Below are positions 47,802 through 57,359 of a stretch of DNA of 64,000 nucleotides, piece after piece. The stretch is from Candidatus Latescibacterota bacterium. Lineage in GTDB: Bacteria > Latescibacterota > UBA2968 > UBA8231. The stretch is taken from contig CBDFJF010000002.1 of the NCBI GenBank assembly GCA_965248265.1, positions 3,520,001 to 3,584,000 of the forward strand, read 5' to 3'. Under the pieces are notes generated by a model. The model was given only the letters and a program-made list of their open reading frames with translations, was not told where the DNA came from and ran no database searches. The position numbers were made by a program, and so were the translations under genes. Numbering within the stretch: the stretch's first letter is position 1; every line of letters begins with the position of its first letter.

Positions 47802-48210
47802 GCCGATTGCACCTGAGAGTGAGAAGGACGCTCGTGGATACGAGCAGTCGGATGCATCGGCCGGCCCGATGGCAAAGGTGGCCATCGCCCTGGCGGTTTC
47901 TCTGGTGTGTATCTTCGTCGGGATCCTGGTTCTTTTCAAAGTGTTCAGCTATGCGCAACCTCGGCTGTTCGATCGGGAGCCTCACCCGCTGGCCCAGACC
48001 AGGCAACTGGCCTCCGGGACCCGCCTGCAGCTTGATCCTCCGCAGCTGAAGATCGACATGCTGGCCAACGAGAACGAGGTGTTGACTACCCACGCCTGGG
48101 TAGACCGCGAACAGGGGCTTGTGCGCATTCCCATAGATCGAGCCATCTCCATTCTGGCGAAATCGGGCCGACTGCCGCAGAAAACGGACAGCACGGAGGT
48201 CGAGCAGTAG
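47794..48210 (+). CDS. actG: alternative complex III subunit G-like membrane protein
   Basis: YEQSDA, single TM, RLQ, WVD...VRIPIDRAI; position after actF. Confidence 0.72.
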   Translation: MAEPIAPESEKDARGYEQSDASAGPMAKVAIALAVSLVCIFVGILVLFKVFSYAQPRLFDREPHPLAQTRQLASGTRLQLDPPQLKIDMLANENEVLTTHAWVDREQGLVRIPIDRAISILAKSGRLPQKTDSTEVEQ

Positions 48211-48212
48211 CG

Positions 48213-49103
48213 ATGATCGCCGTTGACTCCGCCCGATTCAATCTCCGTGCACGAAGTGCGGACGCCTGTCGCAAGACCGGGAGGCGCGGCGCTGTGAGTG
48301 CGGTCGCCGTCGTCGCCATCCAGACGTGTGTGGCCGGTGCACAGCCCCTCGACTCGCAGTTGCTGGACCAGATCGGGCTGGATCAGAATCTGGAGACGCA
48401 AATACCTCTCGACCTCACCTTTTCCGACGACAAGGGCCGCACGGTCGCCATCGGAGACCTCCTGGGTGACAGGCCGGCTCTGCTGACCTTGGTGTATTAC
48501 GAGTGCCCCATGCTCTGCACCCAGATCCTCAATGGACTGACGCGCAGTTTGCGCGTGCTCTCCTTCGATGTGGGGAAAGAGTTCGATGTTATCACCGTCA
48601 GCATTGACCCGGATGAGACTTCGAGTCTAGCCGCGGCGAAGAAGAAGGAGTACGTGAAGCGCTACGGCCGGACCAGCGCCGATCGTGGGTGGCACTTTCT
48701 CACTGGACGCCAGGATCAGATCGACCGACTGGCACAGGCCGTGGGATTCCGTTATCAATACGACCCGGAAACCGATCTGTACCTTCACGCCAGCGGCATT
48801 ATGCTGCTGACCCAAGAGGGAAAGCTGGCCCGTTACTTCTATGGAGTCGAATACGCTCCCAAGGACGTGCGTCTTGGACTCATCGAGGCATCGCAGGGCA
48901 GGATCGGCTCTCCGGTGGACCAGTTGCTCTTGTTGTGCTATCAGTACGACCCGTCAACCGGGAAGTACGGTCTGGTAATAATGAATTCCGTGCGCATCGC
49001 CGGCGGGCTGACGGTAGTGACAATAGTGTCTTTCATTGTCCTCATGCTGCGCCGGGAGCGCCGCGCGAAACTGAGGCACCGGACCGCCGAGCTCCCTGCA
49101 TAG
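48213..49103 (+). CDS. SCO family copper chaperone
   Basis: YYECPMLC, VSIDP, HASG, LCYQYDPSTGKY. Confidence 0.9.
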   Translation: MIAVDSARFNLRARSADACRKTGRRGAVSAVAVVAIQTCVAGAQPLDSQLLDQIGLDQNLETQIPLDLTFSDDKGRTVAIGDLLGDRPALLTLVYYECPMLCTQILNGLTRSLRVLSFDVGKEFDVITVSIDPDETSSLAAAKKKEYVKRYGRTSADRGWHFLTGRQDQIDRLAQAVGFRYQYDPETDLYLHASGIMLLTQEGKLARYFYGVEYAPKDVRLGLIEASQGRIGSPVDQLLLLCYQYDPSTGKYGLVIMNSVRIAGGLTVVTIVSFIVLMLRRERRAKLRHRTAELPA

Positions 49104-49156
49104 GTAATCCGGTGTGCCATCGAGGTGTGACGAATCGTGAGATTAGCTGACTGAAG

Positions 49157-50092
49157 ATGTCCGACCACTTTCCACTATTTCCCGAGCAAGCCTCTACCTT
49201 TGCACTACAGGTGGATGGCCTCTATTTTTTATTGCTCTCCTTGGGTGCGTTCTTCGCGATAGGTGTGGTCTTCTTCATCATCCTGTTTGCGGCCAAATAC
49301 CGACGGCGATCCGAGGACGAGCGCCCGAAACCGATCGAAGGCTCCATCCCACTCGAATTGGCCTGGAGTATCATTCCTCTAGTGCTCTCCGTCGTGGTTT
49401 TTACCCTCGGTGCGGGAGTCTTTTTCAGGATGTACAGTGCCCCGGCGAATGCGATTGATATCAACGTCGTTGGCAAGCAATGGATGTGGAAGATCCAGCA
49501 CCCTCAGGGCAAGCGCGAGATCAATGAGTTGCACGTTCCGGTAAACCAGCCTGTACGGCTTACGCTGGCCTCAGAGGACGTGATCCACGCCTTTTTCGTC
49601 CCCGCCTTCCGGGTCAAGAAAGACGTGGTTCCCGGGCGATATAACACCATGTGGTTCGAGGCCACGAAGGTGGGAGAGTACCACCTCTTCTGCGCCGAAT
49701 ACTGCGGCACTCAGCATTCCGGTATGACCGGGCGCATCGTCGTCATGGAACAGGAGGAGTTTCAGGCCTGGCTAAGCGGCGGAGCTACGGGCGAAACCAT
49801 GGTGGAAGCGGGAGCCCGCCAGTTCCAGCAACTGGGTTGTGAGACGTGTCACAAGGAGTCCGGCCAGGGAAGGGGTCCGAAATTGATGGGTCTGTTTGGG
49901 ACTCCGGTACAAATCACTACGGGAGAAACAGTGCTCGCTGACAAGGATTATCTGCGCACCTCGATCCTGGACCCCGGCAGCCAAATCGTTGGAGGGTACA
50001 AGCCTATCATGCCCACCTTCCAGGGACAGATCAGCGAGGAGACGCTGATGCAGATTATCAGCTACATCCAATCTTTGAGTGATTCCGAGTAA
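49157..50092 (+). CDS. coxB: cytochrome c oxidase subunit II with fused cytochrome c (caa3 type)
   Basis: CuA ligands DVIH and CAEYCGTQHSGM; C-terminal CETCH...MP. Confidence 0.95.
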   Translation: MSDHFPLFPEQASTFALQVDGLYFLLLSLGAFFAIGVVFFIILFAAKYRRRSEDERPKPIEGSIPLELAWSIIPLVLSVVVFTLGAGVFFRMYSAPANAIDINVVGKQWMWKIQHPQGKREINELHVPVNQPVRLTLASEDVIHAFFVPAFRVKKDVVPGRYNTMWFEATKVGEYHLFCAEYCGTQHSGMTGRIVVMEQEEFQAWLSGGATGETMVEAGARQFQQLGCETCHKESGQGRGPKLMGLFGTPVQITTGETVLADKDYLRTSILDPGSQIVGGYKPIMPTFQGQISEETLMQIISYIQSLSDSE

Positions 50093-50116
50093 GGTCCGGG
50101 TGGAAAGCAGATAGAG

Positions 50117-51814
50117 ATGACAACCGACACAGCAATCACCCACACCAACGGCAGGGACGTTAACTACCTGAACGCCAGTTACGGCATCAAGTCCTGGCTT
50201 CTGACCCTCGACCACAAGCGCGTCGGCATACTCTATCTGGTTATGACGACGGTCTTCTTCATGATCGGCGGGATCTTCGCCTCTCTTATTCGTCTCGAGC
50301 TACTGACCCCTCAGGGTGATGTGTTCGAATCAGATACGTATAACAAGCTGTTCACCATGCACGGCGTGGCGATGATCTTCTTCTTCCTCATTCCCTCCGT
50401 GCCGGCTATACTGGGAAACTTCCTCTTGCCGATCCAGATCGGCGCTCGGGATGTTGCGTTTCCCAAGCTCAACCTTCTCAGCTGGTACTGCTACATGGTC
50501 GGCGGCACCGTGGCCACGGTCGCCATCGTCGCGGGCGGTGTCGACACGGGATGGACCTTCTATACGCCTTACAGCAGCACCTACTCCAGCTACTACGTGG
50601 CACTGGCTCTCACCGGCGTATTCATCAACGGCTTCTCTTCCATCCTCACCGGTGTCAACTTCCTGACCACCGTCCACAAGATGCGTGCCCCGGGCATGAC
50701 GTGGTTCCGGCTGCCGCTTTTCATCTGGGCGCAGTACGCCTCCAGCATCATCATGATCCTGGGCACACCGGTCGTGGCGATCACGCTCCTGCTCGTGGCT
50801 CTGGAGAACCTGCTCGGAATTGGGATTTTCGATCCGGCCCTGGGTGGTGACCCGATCCTGTTTCAGCACATGTTCTGGTTCTACTCACACCCGGCGGTGT
50901 ACATCATGATCGTGCCCGGTTTCGGTGTGATCAGCGAGGTGATCGCCTGTTTCGCCCGCAAGCGCATTTTCGGTTACTCCTTTGTCGCTTTTTCCAGCCT
51001 GGCTATCGCGCTTCTCGGCTTTCTGGTATGGGGGCATCACATGTTCACCACCGGTCAGTCCATGTACGCCGGCATGGTGTTCTCCTTTATCTCCTTTCTC
51101 GTGGGGGTCCCAACCGCGGTTAAGATCTTCAACTGGACCGCCACCCTGTACAAGGGGTCGATCTCCTTGGAGACCCCCATGTATTATGCCCTGGGATTCA
51201 TAGGCCTGTTCCTCCTTGGCGGCCTCACTGGCCTGTTTCTGTCCACCATCGCCGTGGACATCCATCTCCACGACACCTACTTCGTGGTCGCTCACTTTCA
51301 CTTTGTTATGGTGGGAGGGATGGTGATGGCATACCTGGCCGGAATCCACTTCTGGTGGCCAAAAATCACCGGCCGCATGTACTCCGAAGGATGGGCCAAG
51401 GCCAGTGCCCTTCTGATCTTCTTCGGATTCAACCTCACCTTCTTCCCCCAATTCGTTCTCGGGTATCTGGGAATGCCCCGAAGATACCACGTATACCCGG
51501 AGGAATTCCAGATCCTCAACGTCATGTCAACGGCAGGAGCTAGCATTCTGGCCGCGGGCTATGTGATCCTCTTTGCCTACCTGATTGTCTCCCTGTTCGC
51601 GGGGCGCAAGGCTGGCTCGAACCCCTGGCGAGCCGTTGGGCTGGAGTGGGAGATACCCTCCCCCCCCGGTCTTCACAACTTCGATGGTACACCGATAGTG
51701 ACGAGGGAAGCCTACGCGTACGAGGAAGAGGATGTCACCCGCGCTGATGCCGGTGCCCCCGCCGGGGAACAGATGCCTCAAGATGCAGATACGCGTAGAG
51801 GCCCAGACCGATGA
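50117..51814 (+). CDS. coxA: heme-copper oxidase subunit I, type A2
   Basis: [18 protein letters not shown] (YS signature of A2), [21 protein letters not shown]. Confidence 0.96.
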   Translation: MTTDTAITHTNGRDVNYLNASYGIKSWLLTLDHKRVGILYLVMTTVFFMIGGIFASLIRLELLTPQGDVFESDTYNKLFTMHGVAMIFFFLIPSVPAILGNFLLPIQIGARDVAFPKLNLLSWYCYMVGGTVATVAIVAGGVDTGWTFYTPYSSTYSSYYVALALTGVFINGFSSILTGVNFLTTVHKMRAPGMTWFRLPLFIWAQYASSIIMILGTPVVAITLLLVALENLLGIGIFDPALGGDPILFQHMFWFYSHPAVYIMIVPGFGVISEVIACFARKRIFGYSFVAFSSLAIALLGFLVWGHHMFTTGQSMYAGMVFSFISFLVGVPTAVKIFNWTATLYKGSISLETPMYYALGFIGLFLLGGLTGLFLSTIAVDIHLHDTYFVVAHFHFVMVGGMVMAYLAGIHFWWPKITGRMYSEGWAKASALLIFFGFNLTFFPQFVLGYLGMPRRYHVYPEEFQILNVMSTAGASILAAGYVILFAYLIVSLFAGRKAGSNPWRAVGLEWEIPSPPGLHNFDGTPIVTREAYAYEEEDVTRADAGAPAGEQMPQDADTRRGPDR

Positions 51815-52455
51815 GCTCGCACTCCCATTCTCCAGCCCTGAATCACCAGTTCGACGATCTGCAGCAGCAGTACGAAGCCGCCAACATGGGTATGTGGGCC
51901 TTCATCGCCCAGGAGATCATGTTCTTCGGCGGACTCTTCGGCGGATACGCCGTATACCGCTACAAGTATCTGGCTGCGTTCGCTGAGGGCAGCAACCATC
52001 TCCCGATCGAGTTGGGCGCGCTCAACACGGCGGTTCTGATCGCCAGCAGCTTTACCATGGCCATGGCAGTTCGAGCCGCCCAGCAAGGAGAGAAGGACGG
52101 ACTCCTGCGGTGGATTCTGGCCACCATGACTCTGGGTACGATCTTCCTGGTCGTCAAGGTCTTCGAGTATGCTGACAAGTATCACCATGGTCTCGTGCCG
52201 GGAGTTTCTTTTGACGGCTCGGGCCAGATGAAGATCTTCTTTTCATTCTACTTCGCCATGACGGGTATGCACGCCCTGCACATGATCATCGGGCTGGGAA
52301 TCATGATTTGGCTGATTCCGAAGATCCGTCGGGGCATCTATACGCGTGAATACTTCTCCCCGATCGAGAACTTCGGCCTCTACTGGCACTTCGTCGATAT
52401 CGTTTGGATCTTTCTGTTTCCTCTGCTGTACCTGATCGGACGGGAGCCGTGGTAA
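51811..52455 (+). CDS. coxC: cytochrome c oxidase subunit III
   Basis: [38 protein letters not shown]. Confidence 0.94.
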   Translation: MSSHSHSPALNHQFDDLQQQYEAANMGMWAFIAQEIMFFGGLFGGYAVYRYKYLAAFAEGSNHLPIELGALNTAVLIASSFTMAMAVRAAQQGEKDGLLRWILATMTLGTIFLVVKVFEYADKYHHGLVPGVSFDGSGQMKIFFSFYFAMTGMHALHMIIGLGIMIWLIPKIRRGIYTREYFSPIENFGLYWHFVDIVWIFLFPLLYLIGREPW

Positions 52456-52757
52456 ATCATGTAGTTCCGGTAAGGCTGTACTTGACGATCGTGGGGTGCC
52501 TGTTCGTCCTCACTGTGATCACGGTTCTGGCCGCGTTCATCGAGCTGGGCGCTCTGAATACGCCAGTGGCTCTCGGAATCGCCATTCTCAAGGCGACGCT
52601 CGTCGTCCTGTTCTTCATGCACGTCCGCTACAACACCCCGCTGATGTGGGTGTTCGCCGCCGCCGGGTTCTTCATGTTCCTCCTTCTTCTCGTCCTGATG
52701 ATGCAAGACTATATGAGCCGTGATTGGGAGGCGCTTCCAGTGGAGTTCTTGCTCTGA
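52449..52757 (+). CDS. coxD: cytochrome c oxidase subunit IV
   Basis: Three TMs, [16 protein letters not shown]. Confidence 0.85.
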   Translation: MVNHVVPVRLYLTIVGCLFVLTVITVLAAFIELGALNTPVALGIAILKATLVVLFFMHVRYNTPLMWVFAAAGFFMFLLLLVLMMQDYMSRDWEALPVEFLL

Positions 52758-52763
52758 CGCGCC

Positions 52764-53492
52764 TCACTTCTTCTTCCTGCTGGGCGGCTTGAGGCCGAAA
52801 TTCACCGTCACCGCACCGTCCGCCACCTCGATCTCCTGTACCTGGTCCGTGAAAAACTCGTGCCACGCCTCAAGGGTGTATTTCCCGGGGGGTACGTTCT
52901 CGATGGCGAAGCTGCCGTCGGCCGCACTCACGGCAAAGAAGGGATGCGGCAGGACGCCGATGTACGCCGTCATCCAGGGGTGTACGTCGCACTTGAAGGG
53001 GACCATGACCTCCGGCTGCGCAAACATGGTGCCCGGCACCGGCAGCTTCCTGATACGGGCTGGCATGGCCTTGTTGAACTCCTCGTTGACCTTGGGCATC
53101 ATGTGCACGTTGTGTAAGAGGCGGTCGCTGTTGAGGATCCTCAGAGGCTGTCCCACCATTAGACCCAGCACCCGCGGCGTGTAGGCGCAGCCGATCTGAT
53201 CCAATTCCCCAGGTCTCTTGGGGGATTCGAACGTCTGCCCCTCCAGGCCGGTCTTTATGTACACGAAGACGTTCTTCACGTTCTTGTCGGCATCGAGAAC
53301 GTAGCGCTCCGACATGTGTGGCTCCGTGTGCTTGGCCACGCAACCGGGATCGGTCTCCATCTTTACCGGCTTCGCCGGAGGGATCTTCTTCGCAACTACC
53401 TTCACCACCCCGCTGATCGTGCCCGACACCACGGGACCGGCCGACAGAGCGATAGCGGCGGCGAGTGCGATTGACAGCTTTCCAACGACCAT
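52764..53492 (-). CDS. secreted cupredoxin-like / carboxypeptidase-regulatory-like domain protein
   Basis: Signal peptide; LDQIGCAY.P, NSD..LHNVH, CDVHPWM, DGSFAIENVPPGKYTLEAWH. Confidence 0.75.
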   Translation of the reverse strand: MVVGKLSIALAAAIALSAGPVVSGTISGVVKVVAKKIPPAKPVKMETDPGCVAKHTEPHMSERYVLDADKNVKNVFVYIKTGLEGQTFESPKRPGELDQIGCAYTPRVLGLMVGQPLRILNSDRLLHNVHMMPKVNEEFNKAMPARIRKLPVPGTMFAQPEVMVPFKCDVHPWMTAYIGVLPHPFFAVSAADGSFAIENVPPGKYTLEAWHEFFTDQVQEIEVADGAVTVNFGLKPPSRKKK

Positions 53493-53493
53493 C

Positions 53494-55209
53494 TCATTCT
53501 CCTTCTACAGTTGAGTTTCTGTTGACTAACAATTGACTCCTGCGCCGAAAGCTCCTCCTCGCCGCGAACTGGACGGCGATTGTCAGCAAGGCGCCCACGA
53601 GGCCAAGGAGAATGGGCTTATTGGTGGTGGGCTTCTGCAGAAGCAGGTAGTACCAGGTGGATACCGAGCACCGAGTTCCCGCCTCCCCGTTGGACCCGTC
53701 CCAGGCTGCAAAGGCGATTGGAATGAACGCTCCCACTTCGAGCTGGAGGTCGTTCTTATCCTCCGTCCGCAAAGATCTGTGGATCAATAGCTGGTAGCGG
53801 CCATGCGAATAGGTGATCCTACCACGCACGTCCTGGGTATCAGCCGGTTGCTCCTGGAACCGGGTCATGCCCTTCGCCCTTCCCTCGCTGACTTCCACCG
53901 ACACCCCGCTCGCCTCCGGTGACACAGATGGGCTCGCATGCCAGACCCACGCGTACGCGGCACGTCGCGCATCACCCATGAGGAAGTAGGGACGCACCGC
54001 TCCGTCGGATATCTTGGTGGGAAACTGCACGGCCAGGGCGTCGTCCAGCACCGCCTGCTGCTCTAACACGCCCTGATCTTCGACGGCCGCCTCGCCATTT
54101 GCCTCGTCGGCTGTGGCGATGCTCAGCGAGGGGTCGTGCCAGGTGACGAGAAGCGCCACCTCCTCCCCGTTGTGCATGGACTTGCCGAACACGGCTGTCA
54201 CGGTCGGCGCAAAGAGGCGTGGCTCAATGATCACCTGCCCGGCAAGGGGAAACATTGCGCCCTCCCCTTCCCCCCAGCGCGGGTCATCTGCTCGCTGCGG
54301 CAGCTCCCCTTCCACGAGCGCAGATTCCAGGACGATGGCCACTTCCGGTTTCTGCGCCGGCGACAGCGAACGCACGTAGTTGGCCAGATGCCATGTCTTG
54401 ACGCGTATCTCGCGCATGGCGTCGTCGTACCTCTCCCGTTCCTCAGCAGAGATTTCCTCCTCGTCCTCTATCATGATCTGAATGTCCTCGACCTCCATAT
54501 CCATCGGAAAACTCTCTTTGATCGAGGGCATTGGGGTCCCCGCCAACCCGCCCATGAAGCGCCTGTACAGATCCTCCTCCGCATCCCCGCCCCGAAATCG
54601 CCAGCTCATGGTCAGATCAGCGGGTCGGGTCGGATAATTCCACTCATCCAGCAGGGTCAGAGCCGAAGGACCGTCGCCGCGTCCCTGCTGGCCGTGACAT
54701 TTGGCGCATTCGAGCATCTCGAAGACTCTGCGTCCCTCTGACACGCTTTCCTCAGAACCGGGGACTCTATCCACCAACGCTATCTCCAGCGGCGGGGCAG
54801 TGGCGCGCTCGAAGTGCTTCGCGAAGGTCTTGATGTACGCCACGACCGCGAGTCGCTCCTCGTCGCTGAGTCCGGGCCAGCCCGGCATGGACGTACCCGG
54901 CATGCCGTCGGTGACGATGCGGAGCAGGTCGGCGTCCGTGGGCAGCTCCCGGGACGCGGTGGAACGGATCTTATACAACCCTCGGGTGAAGTCCCGCGGG
55001 CGTGGGTTCAAACGCTCGGCCCCGGAGCCGTCCCCCGCTCCTCCCGCACCGTGACAGTGTGCGCATTTGTTGTCGTATATGGCCTTGCCTGGCCCGATGG
55101 CCCCCACGTTCCCGGCCTGTGCTTGGGCTTGCCCGACAACCCCCGCCCCCAGGGCGCAGGCCATGGCGACCGCAAACAGGGCGAGCTGTTTCGAAACTGG
55201 CATACTCAT
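53494..55209 (-). CDS. diheme cytochrome c with DOMON/EbdC-like heme-binding domain and C-terminal TM
   Basis: CAHCH, PRPRDF, GMPGTSMP, CAKCH, GTPMP; DALAVQFP, PYFLMG, AFAAWDG; ATGA overlap with the upstream gene. Confidence 0.8.
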   Translation of the reverse strand: MSMPVSKQLALFAVAMACALGAGVVGQAQAQAGNVGAIGPGKAIYDNKCAHCHGAGGAGDGSGAERLNPRPRDFTRGLYKIRSTASRELPTDADLLRIVTDGMPGTSMPGWPGLSDEERLAVVAYIKTFAKHFERATAPPLEIALVDRVPGSEESVSEGRRVFEMLECAKCHGQQGRGDGPSALTLLDEWNYPTRPADLTMSWRFRGGDAEEDLYRRFMGGLAGTPMPSIKESFPMDMEVEDIQIMIEDEEEISAEERERYDDAMREIRVKTWHLANYVRSLSPAQKPEVAIVLESALVEGELPQRADDPRWGEGEGAMFPLAGQVIIEPRLFAPTVTAVFGKSMHNGEEVALLVTWHDPSLSIATADEANGEAAVEDQGVLEQQAVLDDALAVQFPTKISDGAVRPYFLMGDARRAAYAWVWHASPSVSPEASGVSVEVSEGRAKGMTRFQEQPADTQDVRGRITYSHGRYQLLIHRSLRTEDKNDLQLEVGAFIPIAFAAWDGSNGEAGTRCSVSTWYYLLLQKPTTNKPILLGLVGALLTIAVQFAARRSFRRRSQLLVNRNSTVEGE

Positions 55210-55964
55210 TCCCATGTCCTCGGAACCTGGCCGGTGGCCTCGTACATGAAGAGGATGACCTGCCAGATCTCCTCCTCCGTGAGCATTTCCTCCCAAGCGG
55301 GCATGGCCGAGCTCCACGGCGCCGAGATCGCGGGCAATCCCGGTCCCCCCTTGCTCACGCGCCAGAACACGAACGATTCCTGGAGCATGGCGAGGGTCCC
55401 GGGATCTGTGAAGTCCGCGGGGGGGGGACTGAAGGCGTGGGCGAACATGCCGTTGCCATCCAGGTCGTCGCCGTGGCAGAAGTGACAGTTCTGATAGTAA
55501 GTGGCCCGTCCCGCCTCCATGTGCCGGTCGTGGTTGCCGCCGTCATGACGCAGCGGGTTCTCCAGGCCGGCCAGGTCGATGTCCCGGCCGCGAAACTGAA
55601 TCGAGGCTGGAGGCGCTGGGTGAACGGTCCTCAGCTCCGCCGGGGGAACGCTGCTGACGGATGAGTTCGTGAACACGACAAAGGCCACCGCCAGAGGCAG
55701 GAAGGTGAAAACGACGATGCGGTGACGGGCTTTGTCTTCGTCGGCCAGCAGCTCCCCGATGGGACGGATGAACTCCCTAAGCCTTTCGTTTTCGACGCCG
55801 ATCTGCGACAGGATCCCGATGATGATGAGACCCATGTACAAGTAGACGATACTCGCCGGCAGCGGCGGCCTGACGCCGTAGGCCAGGCCGACGTAGCACA
55901 CGGCGACCAGGATCACCGCCTTTGAGAAACTCGAAAGCTGCCTCACGGCCTCCTCATTCGGCAC
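55206..55964 (-). CDS. membrane-bound monoheme cytochrome c
   Basis: Three TMs, ELRTVHPAPP, CHFCHG, SAMPAW. Confidence 0.85.
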   Translation of the reverse strand: MPNEEAVRQLSSFSKAVILVAVCYVGLAYGVRPPLPASIVYLYMGLIIIGILSQIGVENERLREFIRPIGELLADEDKARHRIVVFTFLPLAVAFVVFTNSSVSSVPPAELRTVHPAPPASIQFRGRDIDLAGLENPLRHDGGNHDRHMEAGRATYYQNCHFCHGDDLDGNGMFAHAFSPPPADFTDPGTLAMLQESFVFWRVSKGGPGLPAISAPWSSAMPAWEEMLTEEEIWQVILFMYEATGQVPRTWE

Positions 55965-57342
55965 TTTCAGGCACAGAGCCCTTGAGGCTGGCCAGATAGG
56001 CGACCAGGTCGCGAAATTGCCTCACGGTGATGACGTCGTCGAATTTGGGCATTTTGGACTGCACCAGAAGCCTGCGCCCGGCAACGTTGGAGAGATCGCT
56101 CTTGGCGATCGTCAGCGTAGTGTCGGCGCTGCGGATCGTCAGGCTGGCCTCGTCTTCGTGCTCTATTGGGCCGCTCACCTTGTTCTCGCCGTCGCCGACG
56201 ACGGCGCTGATCCAGAAGTAACCCCGATCGGAAATCGACCGCGTATCGGCTATGGGCAGAAGCGCCAGATCGTCACGCTGCACGAGTCGCTCAGCACCCC
56301 CAGAGGCACTTTCGTCAACCGCTACTTCCTCCACCTCCTCCACATCTTCTTCCTCCTCCTCCTCACCCCATCCCCAGTCGTCGTCCTCCGCTTCCTCCAC
56401 CACGTCCAGTTGCAACACCAGCGCATCGCCCTCTTCCCTGACGAGTCTTCCCGCGAGCTCCTCGCCGTTGGCCAGGCTGAGCGTCGTCGATCCGTACCCC
56501 TGAACGATCTTGGCGTTGGGATCTAGGATCGATTCCTCCATGTAGTCCAACGTGTTGAGGGCCCCGATCTCCGTCAATTCGGGACCGACCTCCAGCTGGA
56601 CCTCGGCTGCGCCTACGCGGTGGCATTTGTCGCACTGCAGCTCCTCGACAAAGACCAGTCGACCGGCCTCGGGATCTCCCTGGGCTACCTTCTCGGGGAC
56701 CGCGGCGGCCGCGGTGATATCGATGGGCGGCACGATGGCCGTCAAATCCGGTTCGCCGCCCTGGCTCTGGAGAAAGGCGATCAGCGTTTCGATTTCCAGG
56801 GGGGAGAGGGCGATGGGAGGCTTCCACGCCGGAGGCATTATGTTGCCGTACCCCTTTACCAGATAAGCCTCCGGTAGGTACAGCGCCTCCACCAGATAAT
56901 CCCGGGTCGACGTGTCTTCCTGGCGTCCTCCGCCCGCGATGCCGATATCGCTCAGGTCCGGACAGCGCGGCGTAGTCGCCGACGCTCCGATGACGTGGCA
57001 GGTGGAGCACTTGCCCTTGCCGTAGAAGATCGACTTCCCCGCCGCGACAAAAGCTTCTGGGGTGCGCTCGATGTCACCGACGGCCACGGCGGCGCCGGAG
57101 CTACCCTGGGGGATGAGATTTCCCAGTAGGGCGTAGGACCAGATCACGGCCAGCGCGAAAGTCGCCAGCCGCATCAGATTCTGTTGTAGCGCCATGTTGG
57201 CGCAGATGGCCAGGAAGACCCACACCGACCACGACAGGATGTTCTGGTCAGCCAGGGGAAAAGGCGCAGCTCCCATCAGGAAAGCCCCCAGGCTCAACAG
57301 GAGAAGGGCGAAGATGAGAATCTTTACAGGTGCCCGGTGCAT
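55954..57342 (-). CDS. membrane-bound diheme cytochrome c
   Basis: N-terminal TMs, CSTCH...MP, CDKCH, GPEL, ESILDP, C-terminal SKMP. Confidence 0.82.
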   Translation of the reverse strand: MHRAPVKILIFALLLLSLGAFLMGAAPFPLADQNILSWSVWVFLAICANMALQQNLMRLATFALAVIWSYALLGNLIPQGSSGAAVAVGDIERTPEAFVAAGKSIFYGKGKCSTCHVIGASATTPRCPDLSDIGIAGGGRQEDTSTRDYLVEALYLPEAYLVKGYGNIMPPAWKPPIALSPLEIETLIAFLQSQGGEPDLTAIVPPIDITAAAAVPEKVAQGDPEAGRLVFVEELQCDKCHRVGAAEVQLEVGPELTEIGALNTLDYMEESILDPNAKIVQGYGSTTLSLANGEELAGRLVREEGDALVLQLDVVEEAEDDDWGWGEEEEEEDVEEVEEVAVDESASGGAERLVQRDDLALLPIADTRSISDRGYFWISAVVGDGENKVSGPIEHEDEASLTIRSADTTLTIAKSDLSNVAGRRLLVQSKMPKFDDVITVRQFRDLVAYLASLKGSVPESAE

Positions 57343-57359
57343 GGATTTCGTCTCCGCCC

